Shown: positions 1-9,893 of the stretch, piece by piece
Position numbering within the stretch: position 1 is the stretch's first letter
How the letters are laid out: the number at the start of each line of letters is the position of its first letter
Assembly: GCA_943358395.1 (NCBI GenBank)
Contig: CALRGY010000001.1
Span: 8,008-72,007 of the forward strand
Origin: Candidatus Uhrbacteria bacterium
GTDB taxonomy: Bacteria; Patescibacteriota; Patescibacteriia; UBA9934
Reading direction: 5' to 3'
DNA length: 64,000 nt
Program-made: the position numbers and the translations under genes
Notes under the pieces: generated by a model
What the model saw: only the letters and a program-made list of their open reading frames with translations
Databases searched by the model: none
Told to the model about the DNA's origin: nothing

Positions 1-113
1 TCGCATCCATCGAGGCGCAACGCACTCGCGTCATCGATCGCTGCAATTGCGGGAATCGATGCAGGAAACTCTTCGATCGCATCCGTGAGAAATTTCACCG
101 CTAATCGCTTTCT

Positions 114-926
114 ATGTTGAACGCTCTTCTTTCCATTATTCACGTCGATCTCTTACTCTGGTGTGAAGCCGCACTCATCGGCATTCTCCTCATCGGTGCA
201 TTCCTTACGAGTTTGGGCACATCGATGAAGAAGATGACGATCGCCTCAGGCGTTCTTCAGTCGGCGCTTCCCGTTATTCTCTTCATTGCTGCATTACGTG
301 TTCTTCGTTCTCTTGATGTCGATGCAGAACAATTTTTCCAGTATTTCGGCATCCTGCTTTTGCTTTCAGCCATTACGGGATTCATTTGGAAAACATCACG
401 AAAGAGTACGCTAGAACTTTCTCGCCTTCAGCACATCGGTCTCGTCGCATTCATGATCGGTGCTGGCCCTGCTGGGGCGATTCCTGCAATGATTCATCTC
501 TTCGGGCAAGCGATTGGTCACTCGGCGTTGTGGTACGCCATGCAGCGCAAGGAATCGATCGCGGCACATCGGGGAATTCGATTCTCTGTCATTGCGCTCA
601 TCGCAGCAATGTTCGGCGCACCGTTTTCAATGCTGTTTGTGAGCGAGCTTGTCGGAATCGGCTATGCATTGCAAGCGCATACCGCTCTTGCACTTGGCGT
701 GTTTGCAGCAGTCGTCGTTATGAATATTCTTGTGATGCGAAGGGTGTTGAATTTCTTCGCCGAGCCACGGTCGGAATCTGTATTACCGATGACAAAAAAT
801 GAAAAGGTCTTTACCGGTGTACTTGCTGCTCATGCGGTAATCCTCTTTGGCGCTGGAACATATCTCCTTACACAGCCCGGTATTCAATTCGCTGTTACCG
901 TTGCACAGAATATTGCAGCGCTCTAG
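114..926 (+). CDS. Multi-pass membrane protein, possibly a short proton-conducting (HyfF/NuoL-M-like) subunit
   Basis: 270-aa hydrophobic ORF; GAPFSMLFVSE resembles the P(P)F.xF.SE motif of antiporter-like subunits; family call tentative. Confidence 0.5.
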   Translation: MLNALLSIIHVDLLLWCEAALIGILLIGAFLTSLGTSMKKMTIASGVLQSALPVILFIAALRVLRSLDVDAEQFFQYFGILLLLSAITGFIWKTSRKSTLELSRLQHIGLVAFMIGAGPAGAIPAMIHLFGQAIGHSALWYAMQRKESIAAHRGIRFSVIALIAAMFGAPFSMLFVSELVGIGYALQAHTALALGVFAAVVVMNILVMRRVLNFFAEPRSESVLPMTKNEKVFTGVLAAHAVILFGAGTYLLTQPGIQFAVTVAQNIAAL

Positions 927-930
927 CCCC

Positions 931-3867
931 ATGTCGTCCCTCCTCGATAATCTCAATGCCGAGCAGCAGGCGGCAGTCACGCATGGCGAAGGGCCACTCA
1001 TGATTATTGCTGGCGCAGGAACAGGGAAGACGACGGTGATTACCAAGCGCATCGCGTGGCTCGTCGAACAGGGGAAAGCAATGCCTGAGAATATTCTTGC
1101 CCTTACCTTCACCGATAAAGCAGCGAATGAAATGGAAGAGCGTGTTGATGTGTTGTTACCAATGGGATACGTCGACCTTTCTATTTCCACATTTCATGCG
1201 TTTTGTGAAAAGGTTTTGCGCGAACACGGCGTCGATATCGGCATTCCGCAAGATTTTACTGTGGCATCGGAAGTGGACGGTTGGCTGTTCATGCGTCGTC
1301 ATCTTGCCGATTTCGCCCTCGATTACTATAAACCACGAGGAACACCAACGAAGTTTTTTAAGGTGTTATTGTCACATTTTTCACGAGCAAAAGATGAAGG
1401 CATTACGCCGGAGCACTACATTGACCACGTTGAAGCTCAGATTTCGGCGATCACTTCCGGATCGGAAGAAGCGTTCGATGCATTGCCAGAGGAAGAGCGA
1501 CTAGAGTGGATGAAACACAGGGAGGTCGGGCGTGCCTACAAAACGTATCAAGACATTCTCATTGCCGAAGACGCGCTCGATTTCGGTGATCTTCTCGCGT
1601 ACACCGTTGAACTTTTCAAAACACGCCCCAACATTCTTGCAGAATATCGCAAACGTTTTACCTATATCGTCGTTGACGAGTTTCAAGACACGAATAGCGT
1701 GCAGTACGAGCTCGTAAAGCTTCTTGCATCGCCAAGAAATAATCTGACGATCGTGGGTGACGATGATCAGGCGATTTACAAGTTCCGCGGAGCAGCACTC
1801 GCAAACATTCTTACGTTCCGATCAGATTTCCCAGATACAACAAAGATCGTGCTCGTTCATAATTATCGGAGCGGTCGAAGTATTCTTGATGCTGCATATG
1901 CATCGATTACCAAGAATAATCCGCATCGGCTTGAAGTGTCGGAAGGATTATCGAAACAATTGATTTCGAATATCGAACACGCTGGAAACGTGCATCACAT
2001 TCATGCGGCGACATTGGAAGATGAGGTTGCTACTGTCGTCGAAACGATCACGAAGCTTCACGATGAGTCTGGAGCGAACTGGAAAGACTTCGCGATCCTT
2101 GCGCGTGGCAATGATCACGTCGATCCGTTTCTTGAAGCATTGGAACGTGCTGGCATTCCGTACCGTTTCATGGCGCTTTCCGGCTTGTACACCATGCCGA
2201 TTATTCTGGATGCCATCAGCTATCTTCGTGTCATCGCTGCACCGCACGACTCACCATCGTTGTACCGCATTCTCTCTCATCCCCGATTGGGATTATCGCA
2301 AGAAGATCTCACGGCGCTCATGTTCTATGCTCGTCGGAAGGGAATGAGTCTCTTCGATTTGCTGACGTATGCCGACGCTGCACGCATTTCGATGACCGGT
2401 CGAAACACCATCATCGATCTCCAACAGAAACTTGCCGAGCTCCGAAACAAAGCAAAGCGATTACCGATCACTGAATTATTCGTGGTGATGATGAAAGAGA
2501 CGGGATTGCTTGGCGATTGCCAGCACGCTTCGGAAATGGAGCAGCAAGAATTGTATCGATTCCTTGAACGTTTCTTTAATCGCCTGAAGCGATTCGTTGC
2601 GATGAATGATGACGCAACGTTGCCGCGATTCATCGAGGAGTTTGATGCAGAGCGCGCGGCAGGGGAAAGTGGCGCCGTGGCGCAAGATCCAGAAGAAGGA
2701 CCTGACGTTGTATCGGTCATGACCGTTCATGGATCGAAAGGCTTAGAGTTCCGATACGTTTTTGTGATCAATCTCGTCGAACAACGTTTTCCATCGGTAT
2801 CACGATCACAAGCGATTGATTTTCCTCCGGGATTAATGGGTGAGGAAATCGAAGGGAATGATCATGTCGCCGAAGAGCGTCGGTTGCTGTATGTAGCGAT
2901 GACGCGGGCAAAAGAGGGGTTGTACCTGATGAGCGCTGAAGATTACGGCGGTTCACGAAAGCGAAAAGTTTCGCGATTCCTCGACGAGCTTGGATACACG
3001 AATACGGTGACGATGACGCGACCGAGCAGTATCGCCGATGCACTCGCTTTGGAAATCGGGAAAAAGAAAACCGGTGATGCGAATATTCATATTCCTGACA
3101 AAATCAGTTTTTCGCAGATTGCGGCATTCAGTACATGTCCGTTGCAATACAAGTATGCACATATCATTGGTGTGCCGTCGTACGGCAAGCATCAGATGAG
3201 CTTTGGAAAGTCGATGCACAACGCGTTGCAAGCCTTCATGGAGCGCATTGTTGCCTCGAGTGCAGCGCATCAGGTGACATTGTTTAACGCATCAAGTGAT
3301 ACCGTGGCTCTTCCGACTCTGCACGATCTTCTGGAGATGTATGCTCGATCGTGGATCGATGAATGGTACCCGGACGATGCTACGCGGGATGAATATCGGA
3401 ATCGTGGTACAGAGATCATGAAAGAATATTATCGCGTTGTTACTGAAAATCCTCCTTCACCGAAATTTATCGAGAAAGGATTCACGCTGAAGATCGATGG
3501 TATCTTGGTGAAGGGGAGAATCGATCGCATCGACGACGTGGAGGGTGGTATCGAAATCATCGATTACAAAACTGGTCAACCAAAAGAAAAACTCGATTGG
3601 GACGACAGGCGGCAGTTAATTCTCTACGCGATTGCTGCAGAAGAAAGCTTCGTTCCACCCCTCGTCGTCAAAAAGCTTACGTACTATTATCTCGAATCGA
3701 ATACTGCGGTGAGTTTTGAGCCGAAAGACGCGGAAAAGGAAAAGCTGAAGCTCCAGATTCGGGAAAGTATGGCAAAGATTCGTGAATCAACATTTTCTGC
3801 CACGCCGGGGCCACACTGCCAATATTGTGATTTTAAAGACATTTGCCCGTATGCAAGAGCCGGTTAA
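931..3867 (+). CDS. UvrD/PcrA-family helicase with C-terminal PD-(D/E)XK nuclease (AddA/AdnB-like)
   Basis: AGAGTGKT, VDEFQD, GDDDQAIY, MTVHGSKGLEF, EERRLLYVAMTRAK; GRIDRID..IDYKTG and CQYCDFKDICP; ATG 931 chosen as start. Confidence 0.92.
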   Translation: MSSLLDNLNAEQQAAVTHGEGPLMIIAGAGTGKTTVITKRIAWLVEQGKAMPENILALTFTDKAANEMEERVDVLLPMGYVDLSISTFHAFCEKVLREHGVDIGIPQDFTVASEVDGWLFMRRHLADFALDYYKPRGTPTKFFKVLLSHFSRAKDEGITPEHYIDHVEAQISAITSGSEEAFDALPEEERLEWMKHREVGRAYKTYQDILIAEDALDFGDLLAYTVELFKTRPNILAEYRKRFTYIVVDEFQDTNSVQYELVKLLASPRNNLTIVGDDDQAIYKFRGAALANILTFRSDFPDTTKIVLVHNYRSGRSILDAAYASITKNNPHRLEVSEGLSKQLISNIEHAGNVHHIHAATLEDEVATVVETITKLHDESGANWKDFAILARGNDHVDPFLEALERAGIPYRFMALSGLYTMPIILDAISYLRVIAAPHDSPSLYRILSHPRLGLSQEDLTALMFYARRKGMSLFDLLTYADAARISMTGRNTIIDLQQKLAELRNKAKRLPITELFVVMMKETGLLGDCQHASEMEQQELYRFLERFFNRLKRFVAMNDDATLPRFIEEFDAERAAGESGAVAQDPEEGPDVVSVMTVHGSKGLEFRYVFVINLVEQRFPSVSRSQAIDFPPGLMGEEIEGNDHVAEERRLLYVAMTRAKEGLYLMSAEDYGGSRKRKVSRFLDELGYTNTVTMTRPSSIADALALEIGKKKTGDANIHIPDKISFSQIAAFSTCPLQYKYAHIIGVPSYGKHQMSFGKSMHNALQAFMERIVASSAAHQVTLFNASSDTVALPTLHDLLEMYARSWIDEWYPDDATRDEYRNRGTEIMKEYYRVVTENPPSPKFIEKGFTLKIDGILVKGRIDRIDDVEGGIEIIDYKTGQPKEKLDWDDRRQLILYAIAAEESFVPPLVVKKLTYYYLESNTAVSFEPKDAEKEKLKLQIRESMAKIRESTFSATPGPHCQYCDFKDICPYARAG

Positions 3868-4198
3868 ACGTCGCAGAAGTTCACTCACGCAAATAAGCAA
3901 AATGCTGGAAGGCACGCTAAAACGCCACGGCATTACGAAGCAAGTCACCGCGGCGATCATTGTAGACCGGGCAAAAGAAATTCTTGCGGAAATGGTTGCC
4001 GGCTCACCGCTCGCGCAAGATGTCCGCGTTTCCAGCTACGCCTCTGGCATTCTTATTCTTGGCTGTGACAACGCTGCCGCAACCTTCGACATCGACGGCA
4101 TGATCCCAACGTTGCTCTCCCGCATCCAATCAGAAATCCCCGAAGCCGATATCACAAAAATCATCGCACGGGTACAAAAGGAGAAGGGGAATTTTTGA
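3851..4198 (+). CDS. DciA/DUF721-like protein
   Basis: 115 aa from ATG 3851 overlapping the helicase end; size and pattern (G.L.L.C..A....D) fit DUF721. Confidence 0.5.
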   Translation: MQEPVKRRRSSLTQISKMLEGTLKRHGITKQVTAAIIVDRAKEILAEMVAGSPLAQDVRVSSYASGILILGCDNAAATFDIDGMIPTLLSRIQSEIPEADITKIIARVQKEKGNF

Positions 4199-4215
4199 TG
4201 CTATACTTTCCCTGT

Positions 4216-4596
4216 ATGTCTCTTCGTCAATATGTGGTGATGCTTGCGCTGGGAACGGCGATTAGTATTTCGGCGTGGTGTATTGTGATGATTTCTATTG
4301 ATCCAAGCACGGCAGGCGTGTTTGCGTTCTTTGTGTTCTACCTTACGCTTGGGGCAGGTATTGCGGGGCTTTTCACCATTGGTGGCACAATGATTCGGGC
4401 AAGAAAGTATGCGGAAGAGGAGGTTCATGCTGCCGTGGCACGTTCTTTTCGCCAAGGGGTGATGTTGTCTCTGCTGTTTCTCACATGCCTGTTTTTGCTG
4501 TCCCGTAATCTGTTTTCCCTCGGTACCATGGTGCTGCTTATCGTATTAGTAGGACTGATTGAGTTTTTGATGATGAGTGTGAGGAGGGAAACGTGA
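4216..4596 (+). CDS. Hypothetical 4-TM membrane protein
   Basis: Hydrophobic ORF in operon context; SFRQG motif. Confidence 0.7.
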   Translation: MSLRQYVVMLALGTAISISAWCIVMISIDPSTAGVFAFFVFYLTLGAGIAGLFTIGGTMIRARKYAEEEVHAAVARSFRQGVMLSLLFLTCLFLLSRNLFSLGTMVLLIVLVGLIEFLMMSVRRET

Positions 4597-4870
4597 GGGG
4601 AATCTTTGGAGGGTGTTGGGAATGGGATGTGAAGGTGAAGTGATTTTTGAGGGTCGATGAGGGTGTTCATTATGCAATATCTGAGATGTTAGATCGACCT
4701 AACATTTTGTATGCAAAAAATCCAATGATTTGATGAGTTTAATGTTAGATGGACGTAACATCTTCAGAATCGCACATTGAAGTATCGGATCGGTACATAA
4801 AGATCGCCGACAACCCACATCCCGTCATTTCCCTCATTCACAACCTCTCCAAGACTCCCTCCCCATCATT
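4597..4870. repeat. Small foldback element FB1
   Basis: GGAATCTTTGGAGGGTGTTGGGAATG mirrored by CATTCACAACCTCTCCAAGACTCCC; inner inverted pair CTGAGATGTTAGATCGACCTAACATT / AATGTTAGATGGACGTAACATCTTCAG. Confidence 0.65.
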
Positions 4871-4941
4871 TCTCATCTCACGTCAGTTGTGGATAGATCC
4901 ATTTCGAATATTCCCAATCCCTGGCAACATCATGGTTGCCT

Positions 4942-5997
4942 ATGTTGAATCGCTTCTTTGGTCGATTTTCGGAAGATATCGGCATCGACCTTGGTACATC
5001 ACATACTCGTGTATTCGTGAAGGACAAGGGCATCGTCATGAACGAGCCTTCTATTGTTGCGATTAACACGCGCACAAACCATATCCTTGCCGTGGGAAAA
5101 ACGGCAAAAGACATGGTGGGAAAGACTCCCCCTCATATTCAAATTACTCGCCCCTTAACCAAGGGGGTTATTTCCGACTTTGAAGTAACGGAAAAAATGC
5201 TCAAGTACTTCATCGACAAAATCCATGACGATGCCTTTACGCTCGTCCCACGCCCCCGCATCGTGATGTCCGTTCCCATGGAAATTACGGAAGTTGAGCG
5301 CAAGGCAGTTGAAGATGCCGCGCTTGCGGCAGGGGCACGGCAAGCACTGTTGGTGGAAGCACCGCTTGCTGCGGCACTGGGCGCAGGTTTACCCATTGAA
5401 GAATCCTTGGGCAGCATGATTGTGGATATTGGCGGAGGAACGACCGAAATTGCAGTGATTGCGCTTTCTGGCATTGTGACATGGAAGTCGCTTACCGTGG
5501 CAGGCGACGAAATGACGAAACATATTCTGCAGTACACGCGCGACGTGTTTAACCTTCTTCTTGGTGAACGGGTCGCCGAAGAAGTGAAGTGCCACATTGG
5601 GAGCAGCTTGGATACGGGAGAAGGGTTGCGTATGACCATGCGGGGAAGGGATTTAATCACAGGCCTTCCAAAAGAAGTCACGGTAAACGACGGGCAAATT
5701 CGTGAAGCATTACACAAATCAGTTCGTGCAATTATTGAAAGCATTAAAGCGACGATTGAAATAACGCCACCGGAATTGGTGGCAGACATTTACGAACGAG
5801 GAATTGTTCTTGTTGGTGGAGGCAGCCTGTTGCGCGGCTTAGAACGCTCAATTTCCAAAGAAACCGATATTCCTGTGCGTTGTGCAGAAGATCCTCATAC
5901 CGCCGTGGTACGGGGCTGTGGGTTGCTGCTTAGTGATCAGAATCTGCTGAATACCATCGTGTTACCAGCAACAGGAGGAAACGATAATCATCGCTAA
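4942..5997 (+). CDS. mreB: Rod shape-determining protein MreB
   Basis: DIGIDLGT, VDIGGGTTE, LVGGGSLL motifs. Confidence 0.97.
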   Translation: MLNRFFGRFSEDIGIDLGTSHTRVFVKDKGIVMNEPSIVAINTRTNHILAVGKTAKDMVGKTPPHIQITRPLTKGVISDFEVTEKMLKYFIDKIHDDAFTLVPRPRIVMSVPMEITEVERKAVEDAALAAGARQALLVEAPLAAALGAGLPIEESLGSMIVDIGGGTTEIAVIALSGIVTWKSLTVAGDEMTKHILQYTRDVFNLLLGERVAEEVKCHIGSSLDTGEGLRMTMRGRDLITGLPKEVTVNDGQIREALHKSVRAIIESIKATIEITPPELVADIYERGIVLVGGGSLLRGLERSISKETDIPVRCAEDPHTAVVRGCGLLLSDQNLLNTIVLPATGGNDNHR

Positions 5998-6000
5998 TGT

Positions 6001-6819
6001 ATGCCAAGAGCGTGGTACACCGCTGATCGTATCCGTGTACGCACCAAGCGTATTGGTATCTTTTTCGGTGTGCTGGTTTTGGTATGGCTCCTGTCACACA
6101 CCACGGCGGGAGCAAACGTATTCCACGGAATTCAAGAGCGTCTGTATCGCGCGGGTGCTGCAATTGGCCGCGTAACGTCACGCATGTTCACCTCGGAAGA
6201 CTCACTCTCTGCCCAGCTGAACATCTGCACGAACAGGCTTGGCGCAGCCGTCGCCCAGTCTGCAGATGCATTTGCATATCAGCGGGAAACAACGGAATGG
6301 AGAGCGCTTGTGCACTATAAAGAGCGAACCGCACAGCAAGGCGTGGCAGCGCATATTATTGCCAGAGATACCCCAGAAGAAGCCATCGTTACTATTAACC
6401 GCGGTTCCCAAGATGGTATTGGGGAAGGTGCTGCGGTGGTGGTGGGGGACGGCATGTTATTTGGCGTGATTGATACCGTTACAGAAACATCGTCTACTGT
6501 ACGGCTTACCGCACACGCCGCGAGCGCAATTCCAGGAGCTATTTTGGGCACAGAAACCACAATCGGTTTAGTGATTGGTAAAGAAGGTGTATTGCTTTCC
6601 ATGGAATACATCCCACAAAGCACTGTTCTTGCTACACATGACATTGTGGTCACTAGCGGACTTGGCGGAAAGATTCAAAGCGGAATTGTGATTGGCACCG
6701 TTGACGACGTCATTGCTGCCCCAAGCGCTCCATTTCTTCGCGCCGCAATTCGTCCGGTACACGACTCTCGTGTATGGACAACGGTGCTTGTGATGCCGTA
6801 CCCAGAACAAGGACTATGA
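6001..6819 (+). CDS. mreC: Rod shape-determining protein MreC
   Basis: N-terminal TM, INRGSQDGI, VVTSGLGG; follows mreB. Confidence 0.9.
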   Translation: MPRAWYTADRIRVRTKRIGIFFGVLVLVWLLSHTTAGANVFHGIQERLYRAGAAIGRVTSRMFTSEDSLSAQLNICTNRLGAAVAQSADAFAYQRETTEWRALVHYKERTAQQGVAAHIIARDTPEEAIVTINRGSQDGIGEGAAVVVGDGMLFGVIDTVTETSSTVRLTAHAASAIPGAILGTETTIGLVIGKEGVLLSMEYIPQSTVLATHDIVVTSGLGGKIQSGIVIGTVDDVIAAPSAPFLRAAIRPVHDSRVWTTVLVMPYPEQGL

Positions 6820-7271
6820 AAACCGGGAGCATTCTTGCATGCCTGTTTCTTCTCTTTCTTCTTGGAGAAGCATCTTTTATTCACGCATTTCCAGGCATTC
6901 TTTCCCATATCCCTCTCATGACGATTGCAGGTATGATTGTGATGCAGCGTGTTGGTATGGAAGAGGGGGCAGCATGGTTTCTGGCGCTTGCACTCTTTCA
7001 TAGCGATATTTCTGCCTTGTGTATTGCAATCATTGGGCCGATACTGATCACTCGCTTATTCACCACACGTTCTGTGTATGCACTGATAGGGTTCGGTATC
7101 AGCGCATACAGTGCTGTGCTCCTTATTGCTCTGATATTCCCACCCCATTCCGTTACGGCAGCACTTCAGTCTGAACTGTTACTTCTTCCAGGATTGTTGA
7201 TTGGTATCAGTATGGTGCGCTTTTGTGAACGTTCTCTTTTTACTCGAATTGCCTTACGTCCCTCGTCATGA
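6816..7271 (+). CDS. mreD: MreD-like membrane protein
   Basis: Hydrophobic 151 aa between mreC and mrdA with ATGA overlaps; mainly positional call. Confidence 0.6.
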   Translation: MKTGSILACLFLLFLLGEASFIHAFPGILSHIPLMTIAGMIVMQRVGMEEGAAWFLALALFHSDISALCIAIIGPILITRLFTTRSVYALIGFGISAYSAVLLIALIFPPHSVTAALQSELLLLPGLLIGISMVRFCERSLFTRIALRPSS

Positions 7272-9184
7272 TGTTTCGCAAAAAACCACATGATCAGCGC
7301 GTATTCTTTCTCCACGATGACGGTACCATCGGGGATATTTCTCGTCATACCGATGACGCAACGTTCGACGATGCGTTGTCACAACGGTCATCGGATACGT
7401 TGTTTACTGGAACATTTGTGGGGAATTTTGCTGCACGGCGCATGCAATGGCTGGCGGGTGCGCTGGTACTTGTGCTGTTTGGAGGAGCGTTGTTTCGCAT
7501 TGGATATTGGCAGGTGATACACGGAGATACGTATCGCGCTATTGCAGACAATAACCGCACTCGCACAAAAACAATTATCCCGGATCGTGGCATTATTGCA
7601 GACAGAAACGGAGTAACACTTGCGTGGAATACTCCCGTCTTTCATGTGCTTGCGCATCGTGCTGACCTTCCAGAAGCAGGAGAAGATCGAAGAAGCTTGT
7701 TTCAAGCCATCGGTGAATCGCTCGGCATTGCATTCGAGGATTTTGAAACACGATACCAAAATTCTGGAACAGATCAAACAATCTTACTCGCTGAAACCGT
7801 TCCGTATGCTGCCGCACTTGCATTCGAGGCAGGTCATCAACCGTTTCCCGGAATCACCATGGAGCTTGCCTCAGCACGAACATACGCCACGAATGCAATG
7901 CCAACGCTTTCGCATGTATTGGGCTTTACGGGATCAATTCCAGAAACATCGTATGACGAGCTGAAATCATTAGGGTACCGCCGTTTTGACAGCATTGGTA
8001 AGCAGGGAACGGAGCAGCAATATGAATCATTGTTGCGGGGAACGCCTGGTGTGGAAATTACGGAGGTTGATTCGGAAGGAAGAGCATTGCGTACCCTGGA
8101 GAAAACAGACGTGATTCATGGCGAGAACCTTACGCTCACCATCGATGCAGGGCTCACGGCGGCTATTGAGGGCATCGTGGAACGTAAGCTCGCCAACGCA
8201 AAAGTAAAGAAGGCGGCCGTTGTGGTAAGTAATCCAAAAAATGGGGAAGTGCTCGCGGTGGTATCGTACCCAGCATACGACGTGAATCTCTTTGCTCGTG
8301 GCATTACGCAGGCAGAATATTCGGCGCTGCTTGCAGACCCGAATGCCCCACTTTTTCCACGAGCGACTCAAGGAGAATATCCATGCGGCTCCACCATGAA
8401 ACCAATCTACGCTGCTGCTGCACTCATCGAGCACATCATTACGCCGTCAACCAGCGTTCTTTCTACTGGTGGCATCTGGCTTGGGAATCGTCTTTTTCCG
8501 GATTGGCGCAGAAATGGCCATGGCTATACCAACGTGTATCACGCCATTGCGGATTCTGTGAACACGTTTTTTTACACCATCGGCGGGGGAACAGAGGCAT
8601 TTGAGGGGCTGGGGGTCGATCGTTTAATGCGTTATGCAAGTATGTTCGGCTTTGGGGCAACCAGCGGGCTTGGGTTCCCGAATGAAGCCGATGGCTTTCT
8701 TCCGTCGAAGGCATGGAAAGAGGCAACCAAAGGCGAGCCATGGTACGTCGGCGACACGTACAACGTTTCTATCGGCCAAGGCGACGTTCTCGTCACACCG
8801 CTCCAAATGAATCGTGCCACGGCAGTATTTGCAAACGGGGGAATGTTGATAACGCCGCATCTGCTGAAAGATACCCCTCAAGACGCAAAAAAGATTATTC
8901 CCGACGATGTCGCAGCAGTCATAAAAGATGCCATGCGCGAAACCGTCACAAACGGAAGCTCTGTTGCACTGAATACACTTTCGCAGCCGGTAGCAGGTAA
9001 AACAGGAACAGCGCAATGGGCAACAGGCAGAGATGAACACACTTGGTTCACCGGATTCGGTCCGTTCGATGACCCAACGCTCACCATTACCGTTGTGGTT
9101 GAAGAAGGCGGAGCAAATTATTATGCAACTCCGATAGCGGGAGAGATCTTTGAATGGTATTTCCAAAACCGTGACGTGAAATAA
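7268..9184 (+). CDS. mrdA: Penicillin-binding protein 2
   Basis: STMK (SxxK), SVN (SxN), KTGT; RGIIADRNG dimerisation domain. Confidence 0.95.
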   Translation: MMFRKKPHDQRVFFLHDDGTIGDISRHTDDATFDDALSQRSSDTLFTGTFVGNFAARRMQWLAGALVLVLFGGALFRIGYWQVIHGDTYRAIADNNRTRTKTIIPDRGIIADRNGVTLAWNTPVFHVLAHRADLPEAGEDRRSLFQAIGESLGIAFEDFETRYQNSGTDQTILLAETVPYAAALAFEAGHQPFPGITMELASARTYATNAMPTLSHVLGFTGSIPETSYDELKSLGYRRFDSIGKQGTEQQYESLLRGTPGVEITEVDSEGRALRTLEKTDVIHGENLTLTIDAGLTAAIEGIVERKLANAKVKKAAVVVSNPKNGEVLAVVSYPAYDVNLFARGITQAEYSALLADPNAPLFPRATQGEYPCGSTMKPIYAAAALIEHIITPSTSVLSTGGIWLGNRLFPDWRRNGHGYTNVYHAIADSVNTFFYTIGGGTEAFEGLGVDRLMRYASMFGFGATSGLGFPNEADGFLPSKAWKEATKGEPWYVGDTYNVSIGQGDVLVTPLQMNRATAVFANGGMLITPHLLKDTPQDAKKIIPDDVAAVIKDAMRETVTNGSSVALNTLSQPVAGKTGTAQWATGRDEHTWFTGFGPFDDPTLTITVVVEEGGANYYATPIAGEIFEWYFQNRDVK

Positions 9185-9309
9185 TAGGACTGCAACATTT
9201 TCGACCAGTTTCGGTGCGCATCGAGCAAATTTCGTGAGACGTACTTCACGGTACGTTGAACGAATTTGCGATGATGCAAGCCGAAAATGGGCAAAATGCT
9301 GCAGTCCTA
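9185..9309 (+). mobile_element. HP125 hairpin element, copy 1
   Basis: TAGGACTGCA...GAGACGTAC-ttcacg-GTACGTTGAA...TGCAGTCCTA, 125 bp. Confidence 0.85.
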
Positions 9310-9314
9310 CACGG

Positions 9315-9385
9315 TTGACCCTCATTGGTCGTCATGGGATACTGTTCGATGAACCCGCCGGATGCATTCGGCGGAATTGTTTTTA
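9315..9385 (+). promoter_or_regulatory. Putative greA promoter with terminator-like leader hairpin
   Basis: TTGACC-N17-GATACT with TG extension, then CCGCCG-N8-CGGCGG-AATTGTTTTT. Confidence 0.45.
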
Positions 9386-9421
9386 GAGAATGCTGACATT
9401 CTCAACGTATTACGATTTCTT

Positions 9422-9883
9422 ATGGACAATACACAAACATACATTTCTGCACTCGGATTACAAAAGATCAAAGACGAGCTTGTACACCGCATCAAAGTGT
9501 TGCGCCCAGAAATTGCTCAAAAGATTAGTGATGCAAAGGAAATGGGGGACTTGAGCGAAAACTTTGCATACCACGAGGCAAAGGAACAACAAGCACAAAA
9601 TGAAATGCGCATTGTTGATATTCAAGACATGGTTGTGAGTGCGGTGGTGGTAGAGGAAAAAATAGGCGGCGCCATTGGGCTTGGCTCTACATTCGTTGTG
9701 CGAGTGAACAATGCAGAAAAAACATACGAAATTGTGGGAGAGAACGAGGCAGACCCTATGGCAGGGAAAATTAGCAACATGTCGCCGCTCGGCAGTGCTT
9801 TCATGGGAAAGAAGATCGGTGACGCAGTGCATGCCGAAGTACCATCGGGAACTATCGAGTATAGTATTGTTGACGTGAAATAA
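9422..9883 (+). CDS. greA: Transcription elongation factor GreA
   Basis: GDLSENFAYHEAKE, ISNMSPLGSAF. Confidence 0.96.
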   Translation: MDNTQTYISALGLQKIKDELVHRIKVLRPEIAQKISDAKEMGDLSENFAYHEAKEQQAQNEMRIVDIQDMVVSAVVVEEKIGGAIGLGSTFVVRVNNAEKTYEIVGENEADPMAGKISNMSPLGSAFMGKKIGDAVHAEVPSGTIEYSIVDVK

Positions 9884-9893
9884 TGACTCACAT

